A stretch of 64,000 nucleotides of DNA from positions 33,356,001-33,420,000 of the forward strand of contig JAQFVV010000002.1 of NCBI GenBank assembly GCA_028023455.1. The letters run 5' to 3'. Below the pieces are notes generated by a model that worked only from the letters and a program-made list of their open reading frames with translations, was not told the origin of the DNA and did not search any database. The DNA comes from Epiperipatus broadwayi (taxonomy: Eukaryota > Animalia > Onychophora). Positions 54,060-64,000 of the stretch are shown here, piece by piece. How positions within the stretch are numbered: the first letter of the stretch is position 1; the number at the start of each line of letters is the position of its first letter. A program made the translations under genes and the position numbers.

Positions 54060-55130
54060 TTACTAAAAAGAGATGACATTATGAAATGGTAGACGGGTTC
54101 TATCAAAAACTATATCGCAATAAAGAACAAGGAAAAGTACCTCCTACAAGTATTATATCTTCTGAATTGCCCAGGATTTTAAATAAAGTGAGATGTGCAA
54201 TTAAATTTATGAAGGGAAACATTCCAAATAATGATGGAATTATGATCGATATCTTGAAAAATGAAGAGAAAATTTTTGGCAAAGTTATATACCAAATGTC
54301 AAAATGATAAAGATGTGCCAAGTGATTGGAAGAATGCAATATTAATATTTAAAAAAAGATGAAGATATTAGAAATTGCAGACATATTGGTTCTATACAAA
54401 TTTTTTACCAAGATAATTACAACTCATCTACAGAGAACATTGGATTTAACCAATTAAAAGAAGCTGGACTTAAGTGATTGTAGAATAATGGATATTCCAA
54501 ATATTGAGATATTATAGAAAGTATCATTGAACATGAGTTGCCATTATGATTTGGAGATTATGAAAAGGCATTTGATTTAATAAGCATTTCTTTAGAGCTT
54601 CAGAAAATATTGCAAATTATTAGAAGTAGCACTAAAGGTAAATGTTAAAAAGATTAAAGTAATGTTCAATATAATTTCTCAAAAGATGATAGCTAGTTGA
54701 CAACTACAAATATCTTGGTCAGATTATTAGATAGAAACATAATAGTTGAAATTAATCATAGGTAATGCTTTTGGTAGAAATAATATTGAAAGAAAATATG
54801 TTTGAAAAGGTTTTTTATAATTGTATTTTACCAGTTCTTATGGATCCAAGACTTGGACACTGAAGAACAATAGACTTCAGACACTCGAAGTATGGATGCA
54901 TGTTAGATTGATAAATGAAATACATGGATGAGAGAATTGAAAGAAAGAATTAAGACAAATGGAATTAGGCTGGACATATTGCTAGAAATGGTACTGGATG
55001 GACAATTGAAATTTTAACTGGATTCAGAGATTATAAAAGACCTAAAAAGAGATCATGGGTGATATGAAGAGAGGCTAGAAATAATGATTCAAAATGTGAT
55101 ATATTGTAAAATAATTTTTCAGTGGATCAT
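54060..55130 (+). mobile_element. Decayed RTE-type LINE RT region with internal deletions
   Basis: Remnants include MKGNIPNNDGIMIDILK, DYEKAFD and a terminal GLGWTYC/GHIAR..DGWTIEIL region homologous to the other RTE copies. Confidence 0.75.
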
Positions 55131-55959
55131 GTGACGACATGACTACAGGGGATTTCAAAACCAAGAAATGATTAAAGTAATAAAGAAAACTTAGTCACCA
55201 GATTTCAAGTTTACAAAATTAAAACAGAAAACCTCATGTTTTCTGAATCTGGGAACCGATTGTCGTTCTGTTTATATTAATTTAGAAGATAAATTTTTGA
55301 AGTAAAACGGATCATCAAAAATTAATATATTGAAAAGATTATACAGTATCTTACAAAACTAAACATTAATGGTATTTAAAATATAGGTTAAAAAACAATA
55401 TTATGGATATTTTTAAGCTTTAAAAAGCTGCATTTTGTTGTGATCAAATGCGATTATTTACAAATAAAAACTAATGAATATAAATAATTATTTTGCATTT
55501 ACCTATGAATAATCTTGTTTGTGAAGAAACTCTTTTCAGTTAAGTGATACATGGGGGTAAAAACTTATCTAGCTATTCTCATATAGATTGATCAAGTAAA
55601 TGCCAATATACTCGGCATAACAGATCAGAACTCATGGATATCCCAAATACTGAGCTCATAGTTTACATGTCTGTAATTGAAATATTCATCTTTAGGAAGT
55701 GTTACTTACACTTATATGGACCATTTCCATCATCTAATATTAAATTTTGAATGTCTTTAGGAAAATTTACCTTTATTTAAATTTTCCAATTATGTTAAAC
55801 TGTTAGTAATAGCACATGGATTAGTATATACCCATTTTGAATAGTATCTTCAAGTGTTGCTGGTCTGACCAGTGACAGTATCAGCATGGGAATCAAACTT
55901 GGAGCTCTAGATTCTTGAAATTTTAAGGTAACACTAGCCAACAGCCACCCTACCAAAGT

Positions 55960-57800
55960 CAGTCAGTAGAAATTTCATATATCTAAGAGGTTCCACCATT
56001 TCCTCAACTTTAAGAGCAAAGTTAGTCATTTCTAGACATGTATAGTCACACTATTGATGTATAGGGTTTGAAATTGTGAGCAGCAGCTTCAAATTTTCTT
56101 CATATTTTTCCCTCTGTCCAATATTTTTGTATTTTCCCAGTTGAACATCTTCACTGGTACATGCATGGTTTACTACTTTAAATATTTTCTCTTTTCTAAT
56201 CCTGTTTGCATTTATCAATGGCGACTGCTTTCACCAATATACATCGTTCCACATTCACATGGTATTTCTTAGATGCAGATTTTAACTTTTCAGCATTTCA
56301 AGTCTAGGCTTTGTGGATATTAAATTCCTGTGATATGGCTCTTGAAAGCTGGTTATATTGATTGCAGATTTTTTTTTGCTATTCTTGGAATGTATGAAAC
56401 CAATAATTGTTTTTTATGGTTCTTTTTGTTGTCTTTAAGGTTTTCTTAATGACAGTTGATGGATAAGCATTCATCATGATAATATACATCTTTTCTTTTT
56501 CCAAATCACTGGTTTCTGAACAAACTTCTCGTTCTATTCCATAGTGATAGTATAACCCCATGTTTAGTTTCCAATATGATTGGATATGCTACGTATTTTC
56601 CTGTGTGGGGTTTTTTGTAAATTGTAGTTTTGATTTTTTCATGAGTTTTGTCATAAAAACATCTAATCTTTATTCTTGTTCTATTGTGAATTTAATTGAA
56701 GGGGATATGTTGATGTGTTTCCAGAAAGTTTGTAGTAGTGCTTCACTATGTGGCCATAAAACGTTTTGTCAACATAGCAAAGTCAAACTTTAGATGAATA
56801 TGAGTTTTTATGGTTGTGGTTTAAAGTTCTTCCATGTAAATATTGCTGGTGAGCCCAACACTCTTGATTTTATTGGAAGAATTCTGTTGTATTGAAAGTA
56901 TGTTGTTTGTTATGCAGAATGTTAAAAGCTCCATTATATTATCAATAGGAAGTTGTTTTGTAAGCTGTTATCACAATTTAATATTTTCCTTGCAATAGAT
57001 TGCTTCTTCACACGATACATTAGTGAATAAACTTTCCACATCAAAGCTTACCAGTATGTCAGTTCTTTCAATTTTCATTTTCTTGATTAATTCTACAAAG
57101 TGCTTGACAATGAACAAGGCCTTGTATAGCAAAGGACTAAAAACTTTGAAAACTCTTTAGTGAATTTCTAGAATAGGCCTTAATGGGAAAATGATTCTTA
57201 TGGATTTTAGGTAGCCCATAAAGATGAGGAATTTTGCTAAAATATGTTAATTTATTTTTTTGAAGCACTAGAGTATCTGCAATGCTCTTTGAGTAACGTT
57301 TGTAATTTTCTGTGCCTGGTATTGGATTTTTTGCCACTTTTATGTATTGGCCTGCGAGAGTTCTTGTATTTTGTTATCAATTGTATCTTCACATTGCCTT
57401 TGCCAGCAGGATGAAGGATTATAGATTAATCTACTTTGAAAGATTTAATCACTTTCATTGTAGGAAATGTTTGACTTTAATTTTTGTTGTCTCTGAAGTT
57501 TTATATTTACTTTCCTGCATAATTCTGCGGCTTTGTCTAAAGGCAATTTTTGAGTGTTTTCCTCAGTGGCTGCCATATCTAATAAAAATATTTTTCTTAT
57601 TGTCATTCTTTCATTTTTCCATGTAATTTAGAACACGATTTTCTTACTGCTTGAGAAACACTTCTGAAATCTTCAATCAGAAAGTTTATTTTTTAGAAAC
57701 GTTTATTACTTGGAAAACCTTTAAGCATTTATTCTTTCTCTTAACAGAGCCTCACACGCTCTCAAAATAATTTTCTCAGCTCTCTGGAAATGAATTGGAG
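55960..57800 (-). mobile_element. Penelope-like retroelement, near full-length but decayed (RT plus GIY-YIG)
   Basis: Minus-strand translations give PHLYGLPKIHK, NIYMEEL, CYVDKTF (decayed YVDD), IKFTIEQE and I*EIPCECGTMYIGESSR. Confidence 0.9.
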
Positions 57801-60055
57801 GTTTTAGTTGCAAACTTTTAGTAACTATCCTATCATATTTATATAAAGAAGTTATATGATTTTCTACTTTGCACAGCTTAGACATAATTTTTCATGCCTT
57901 AAATTTTATTTTAGGTGTGTAACATTTTTAATATACAAAAGCTAATTTTATATAGGAAATGTAGTTCCTATGACTCGTATTGCCTTTTTCCATAAAAAAA
58001 AAAAAATCCTATTATTTTTTTTTGTAGATAGATAGATTATCTATAAATATGTGAATATGCCTATGTAAAATTTTCAATATTAATGATATATATTTAAAAT
58101 GCCTTCATTCTTATGGTGGATATATTCCTTTGATTTGGGATCTTTTACTTATCTGTTGAATTGCTTGTTTATTCAGTCAATAAAACAACTACAAGAAAAA
58201 TTTTTTTTTATTTTTATTTTGCTGTTTATATATACATACTGTTGAACGTAATAAATTTTGTCTTAAAATTGATATTCACAAAACTACAATTAAAAAAATT
58301 CACTTAAAGCACCAAAATATAAGGAGTCATCACCATTATATATATATATATAGTTTTTAATTAGCAAATTAATTTATATTGCTATCGATGTACATAAATA
58401 TTTTGACAATCATGAATATACACATCTTTGTACATTTTTTTTCTTTAAATCTTTAATTATACAATTCTCTTGAAAAAACATTAAAAAAAAATTATTTTTT
58501 TTAATAATAAAAAATTGGTTATATTAGGGAATAATGAAAATACTACTATGGTTTTAAGAATAAATAAGAAATGATATGAAACTAGAGATATGAACACATT
58601 TTTAATAAAAATGGCTGCTGGGAATAATTTAAATTGCATAAATTGGTCTGAAAAAAATAAGAGTATATTTTTATTGGTCATTTACTGTGATAAATCTAAG
58701 AAAAAAAGTAAATCAAATGTAGCATTTTAAAAAAAAAACAACAGTACATTCAAGGAATTATTAAAAATTGCATTAAATAGCAACATGATAAAATTTTATT
58801 TGAAATAATGATGTTTTATTTGGAAAAAAAAAAAATATCCCTACGATTTGTAAATTAAAAATCTTTTTATCAATTTGATCAAAAATTATTTTTGTAGTAA
58901 TATCTTTATTTTCGAACTTAAAATAATTAAAATTTTAGTAGTCCAAACTTCTGCTTTCCCCAAATAATACACTGACATTTTATAGGAATCAAGATTTTAA
59001 TTGTAAGAGATGATTATTTTTTTGCATATACTTTTATTTTAAAATTTCCTTTATTCCCACATGTTTTACTCAAAGTAATTATTTCATTAAAAAAAATAGA
59101 AATATAAAAAGTGTGAATATATTCCAGGCTGTATTTAATTTTCATTCAGTCACAATTTTCATTACAAAATAATGTCTTACAAGAAAGACAATCTCTGTAA
59201 GATATAAGAAGTTGTTTTGTATTGCGTTTCATAACAAGATTGTGAAAAACTGATCTTTTTGTGATACGAATTATTCGAATAGTATTAGGGAGAACAATGA
59301 TCTATCAGTAATGATTATTGATCATAGTACTACCAAAATTTATCAAGAGGCTGAAAACTTGACATAAATATACACACCTCTCACATATAAGAATGTAAGC
59401 ACTAAATACCATAATACAATTTGTGATTTACATAAAGTACAAGAACTTCTCAATTAATATAAATTCAAATAATATAGATTTTATGCAAATTCTGAAACAC
59501 ATATCAGACCATGATAAGAATTAAAATTGCAACAGTTCAAGTTTTTGTTCATTTGTAACTGATATATGTAGATGTCAAATGTATATTAAACTACTGACGA
59601 ACAAAAAGGGATATTTAAAAGATTTAATTCCTTTAAAATTTTATTATTTGAATCTTTTTTTTTTAAAAAAAAAAAAGTAGCAAGAATATAAGTGCAACTG
59701 AGATACACAAATCATCAAATGCAGAAACCGGTCTGGGGTTGACTTGATTTTTTTTTTTTTAGCATTTCAATATACTTTTTATATATACAAAGAATTTTTT
59801 TAAAAACTACAAATCTTTAAGAATTAATGAATGCAATTTTTAAATTCTTTATTAAAGTATTTGATAAACTGACAAACTTTTGTGTTTTGAAATCTTTTGT
59901 CATATACAGTATTTTCATTAGAGTGGAGCCGATTGTTATATGTAATTATAAATAAATATTACAAACTCAATTAATACAATGGTTTTTTTTTAAAAAAAAT
60001 CATTCATTATTCATGCTAACTGAGGCATAATTGTAGTATTTGGTTTTATAGTTTG

Positions 60056-61140
60056 TTTTCTCTTAGCATGTTGAAACTGCTTGAGGGCATAATTTCTATG
60101 CAAATGCACAGAAATATGCCGTTTAAGTGCCACGCCGCTATATAACTTTCTATTCCAATGGTTAAGCATAGAAATAGTCTGTTTACTTGTCTGCGGTGCC
60201 TATTATCTATGCTACAGCACAGAAATAGGACATTTATTCTGCCGCAGAACACTCATTTACGGTGAAGTTTGTGTTACAGCGCTATCTATTTGTATGCTAC
60301 AGCACAGAAATAGGACGTATTATTCTGCCGCAGTTTATACGAACAATCCCATTATTAACATTTAACGGTAGATGTATTTACAGCAGAAGTCGGATGTTTA
60401 TTATCTGCCACAGCGGCCGTTGCCGCTTACGGTAAACTTTGTATTACGCAATTTATATGAACAATCCCATTTTAAATTTCGCTACGGTATTTTGTGAGGG
60501 TGTCTGTAATTGAGACTGTCAAAAGTCTTCAAATTCGCATGTCCAAGTCATTATTTTCCAAATCCAATGATGTAGTATGAGGTAATAAAAATTGTGGAAA
60601 CCTTGCCCCGCTTCTCTAGACAAGGGTGACACTAATCAATCGTCAAAGGGGAGGTGTAAGCATGATTTTTACGAAATCACGCTAAAATTCACATTTTGTG
60701 TGAGATAAATCACAAGACATCGAAAATACCAGTTTTATTTTTGCCTATGATGTTGTTTTGAATTAATTATTTCTTTTTATTCTTGTTAAAATTAACAATT
60801 CTATTTGCGTGGCCACGATGTTTTTGTTTTGGAGAAATTATTTCTTTTTCTTCATGTTAAAATTTGATTTGCGTCGCCGCGACGATATTGTTTTGATTTG
60901 GTTTTTTTTTCTTGTTAAAATTACAAATTTCATTTTAGAAAAATAATAATAAAAAAAAAAAAGGTTTATCCAATGTATTTTTTCTTTTAGATAAATTTCA
61001 TTATTTATTATTTTATTGTAAATCAAAAAAAGCACTTTAAAGTTGGAAAAAAAAAAAGAACAATGGCCCGGTAACATTATAATTCTGTTTGTTTACATAA
61101 AAATTATGCCTTCAAGCAGTTTCAACATGCTAAGGGAAAA
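60056..61140. mobile_element. 1.1-kb non-autonomous TIR element with internal subterminal repeats
   Basis: About 58-bp TIRs, TTTTC(T/C)CTTAGCATGTTGAAACTGCTTGA(G/A)GGCATAATTT. ATGCTACAGCACAGAAATAGGAC..TATTCTGCCGCAG and GAACAATCCCATT are each repeated internally. Confidence 0.7.
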
Positions 61141-62160
61141 GTTTTATATAACTATACATTTTTTATTTTTGAGAATGAACACAAATACCAAAAGAAATGA
61201 TATGAAAATGTGCTTTTTGAAATATATATTTATGTGAATTTTAAAACTTCTGATATATGAAATTAGCTTTCTATTTAATATATTGGATTTTAATTAAAGT
61301 ACACTATAATTTTTTTTATAATCTCCAAGAATAAATTGGCCATGAAAAAAAAATAAACACTGGGCATGGAATTAATTTATTCACCGTTCTAGCCGGCTAT
61401 CTACTTTGCATTTCCTCTTTAATGGTTTTTTTTACTCGCTGCTTTGATGTCGTGAAAGAATACTGGGATGAATAATCGATCATTAAACATTCATTTTTGG
61501 GATTTGGAAAGAGGCGGGAAAGTGTTTCCTTTTTATCTCTTAGTTTTCTGTTGCACTTTTTTTTAACTCTTTATGAATATAGATTTTTAGTTATGTGAAA
61601 TATGTTGAATCTTAAATTTATCGATTAATTAGGCCAGAATTCTTTGAAGATGTAGACACAGTGTTTTAAAGAAAGAGAGAAAATAAAATGTAGATAGCTG
61701 GATAGATCACCAAAAAATGTTTTTAAAACAATTTCCAAACTTAACAATTTCTTTTATGAACATTATACTATAATATTATATTAATCTCATTGTTGTTAAT
61801 TGTGATATGAAGAACAATTTTATGATATGGGTTAACTTGCTTAAAGTAGTTTAGAGCAGCCATGTTTATTTTGTAGAGCAATGTATTAATTTTGTAACTA
61901 TGCAGAAGAAGAAAAAATTATTCAGTCTAATATGTAAAAAAGCAAATATTTAAAATCACTGAATTTTTTTTTTCATTCTGCAATGTAAAAAATTTAGCTA
62001 TTTAATACAATGATTTTGGTAATCAATTAAATAAATTTATATAAAAATGATTATTAAACTGAAGAAATGAAATGGTACTTTGGTTATGAAAATATTTGCT
62101 AAACAAATGTGTAAAAGAAAAAAAAATTTTTTTTTTTACAAATATCTATTACAACGTATC

Positions 62161-62180
62161 ATTATTATTATTATTATTAT
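62161..62180. repeat. (ATT)n microsatellite overlapping the SLC25A29-like stop codon
   Basis: ATTATTATTATTATTATTAT. Confidence 0.9.
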
Positions 62181-62899
62181 AACATTAATCCTTGAATATA
62201 CTCTTCATCCTCTATACCACTGACTGCCCGTAAAATAAGCGTGACGACAGTAAGCGTTGCGGCATTTGTAGGGAATGCCCTAATAACTGTAGAAAACAAA
62301 CCTCGAGTAAAGGCTAGAAGTCCTTCCTGCTTGTAACTTTTCTTAATACAATCTATAATGCCTTTATAATAATTGTTTTGATCAGCCTGAATTCTTGTTT
62401 TAACAACATCTATTGGATATGTAATCACCCAAGACATGATCCCACTCATACCACCGGCAAAAAGTAACTTCCCAGTCCCTATTTCTTGGTCAGGATCACT
62501 AGTTAAGATCTGCGTCAAGCATTCATAGGTGCTAAAATAAATGCCAAAACTAGGTGCTTCCCGTATGATGGTAATGCTATAGCCTCTAAAGATCCCACGA
62601 ATCCCTTCGGATTTGTAAATTTTAAGAAGGCAATCGAGTGGACTCTTGTACAGGATTCTGTTAACAGTTGCTCTAGATGAAACCTCGCCTTGGATCTGAA
62701 GGCGAGTTTTAGCAAGCTCCATAGGACAACAGACCACTGATTGAACAATACCTGCAGTGGAACCAGCCATAAAAATACTGCTCAAATGGTCAGGGTGTCT
62801 GAGATTCCGTTGAACATTACCATACACTCCAAAAACTATTGCATTTATAAACGCCAAACCAGCCAAAGGTGAGCTAATACCTTTATACAATCCAAACAT
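62177..62899 (-). CDS. SLC25A29: Last coding exon of a mitochondrial basic amino acid carrier (SLC25A29-like; SLC25A29/45/48 clade)
   Basis: A 240-codon open frame with the carrier signatures PMELAKTRLQ and PIDVVKTRIQ, closely matching human SLC25A29 from VLGLYKG onward. The acceptor tttttcag| lies immediately before 62899, so the ATG is internal and upstream exons are outside the window. Confidence 0.92.
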   Translation of the reverse strand: MFGLYKGISSPLAGLAFINAIVFGVYGNVQRNLRHPDHLSSIFMAGSTAGIVQSVVCCPMELAKTRLQIQGEVSSRATVNRILYKSPLDCLLKIYKSEGIRGIFRGYSITIIREAPSFGIYFSTYECLTQILTSDPDQEIGTGKLLFAGGMSGIMSWVITYPIDVVKTRIQADQNNYYKGIIDCIKKSYKQEGLLAFTRGLFSTVIRAFPTNAATLTVVTLILRAVSGIEDEEYIQGLML

Positions 62900-63216
62900 C
62901 TGAAAAAAAAAAAAGAAAAGATTTTAATGGAAAATGCTGAATAAATTTAAAACAAATTTATATGTACTTTTGCAAGAAATAACACTTTATTAAATGAAAA
63001 ATCATTTTAAAATGCATATTTAGACCTGTAATGAGTTAGAGTGATACATATTTTTTTAAATTTCACAATCCAATCATAACATATCTGTTATCTCCTCTTA
63101 AATTCTTGAAAAGAAAATATGGGTTATTTAATGTATCAAATAAAATTTAATAATCAAGAGATTCGATTCCTTGGGAGTTCATAAGAAGTTTGACTGCAGG
63201 AAGTACCAAAATTAAA

Positions 63217-63373
63217 CAATAAAGCATCACATGATCATCTTATACTAGCATATAATTGTTTATAAACAAGGCAAAACTCTCCGTACAGTAGTGCCACCCT
63301 GTGCCTTCTGGCATCCATTGATTACTCTGGTTGGCACAGGGTGGCACTACTGTATGGAGAGTTTTCCTTGTTT
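63217..63373. mobile_element. Family A short fold-back insertion (hammerhead core deleted)
   Basis: AACAAGGCAAAACTCTCC...GTGCC joins TTCTGGCATCC...GGAGAGTTTTCCTTGTT. The TSD-like AAGTACCA(A/G)AATT(A/G)AA occurs at 63201-63216 and 63374-63389. Confidence 0.85.
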
Positions 63374-63789
63374 AAGTACCAGAATTGAAATCAATCCAAT
63401 GACCTTAAAGTCCCAGAGTCTGAGCTCTATCATTACATCAAATGACAATCAAATTATTAATGGACACCAAAGAAAAATAATTTAGTTTCTTGTTTTTGTA
63501 TATTTTCATTTGTATCAATTGATATTAAAATCTTGATAATTCAAAACATCTCAAACAATATTTTGCAAAAAAACATAATTTTAATATTTGAAAAATTGAA
63601 ATTAATGTAAAATATTGTGTAACGATTAGATATTTGCAGAACTTTGAATTTAATTTTACAAATAACAAAAAATAAATAAAAATATCTTAAATCATTTTTC
63701 AAGATTTTGGATATTTTAATATATTATTTATTTAAAGAAAAAAATCACAATCTTCCAAGATTTTAAAACACTTCCATGTAGAAGGTGAT

Positions 63790-63840
63790 GTTAAAACAGG
63801 CAAAACTCTCCATCCAGTAGTGCCACTCGTGATGTTTAGA
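63790..63840. repeat. Family A terminal fragment
   Basis: GTTAAAACAGGCAAAACTCTCCATCCAGTAGTGCCA...GTGATGTTTA. Confidence 0.7.
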
Positions 63841-64000
63841 AGGTGGTTACTCCTTATGTTTTTACTCCCATCAGCACTTCACAAGTCTCCACAAAGTTCA
63901 ACTCCATTTGAATTTTAACATCGTTTTATTTAATAAAATAATACTGTATTATTAGAAGAATAAAACATAATTAATTGGAGTAACATATTAAAGTAGAGTA

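Noticed and set aside
62515-62748. Second ORF overlapping the carrier exon in another frame
   Set aside because: A 77-codon alternative frame with no motif, explained by codon usage of the real CDS.

Overview
Strongly AT-rich eukaryotic genomic DNA, most likely an arthropod (chelicerate-like; this is inference from composition and repeat content). Two protein-coding genes are partly present and face each other tail-to-tail. On the + strand are the last three coding exons of YY1/pleiohomeotic (9050-9107, 19065-19223, 33105-33278). Its upstream exons lie outside the window, and two candidate frame-preserving cassette exons sit at 4111-4185 and 5569-5613. On the - strand is the large last coding exon of an SLC25A29-like mitochondrial carrier (62899-62177). 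The rest is intron and intergenic DNA packed with decayed mobile elements: RTE-type LINE fragments, three Penelope-like (RT/GIY-YIG) remnants, hAT and pogo remnants, MITE-like elements, a ~105-nt tRNA-derived SINE, and an unclassified TIR family with 6-bp target duplications. The most striking signal is at least three unrelated families of short non-coding repeats that each carry a minimal type I hammerhead ribozyme with a palindromic stem III. They insert as head-to-tail repeats and fold-back inversions, mostly bounded by 10-16 bp target-site duplications, which fits retrozyme / Penelope pseudo-LTR elements. The commonest family has a ~450-465 bp monomer and an unusual family-wide core variant, CUGAUGA-A-stemII-A-GAAA, with compensatory base changes. 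All calls were made by eye; no database search or folding program was run.
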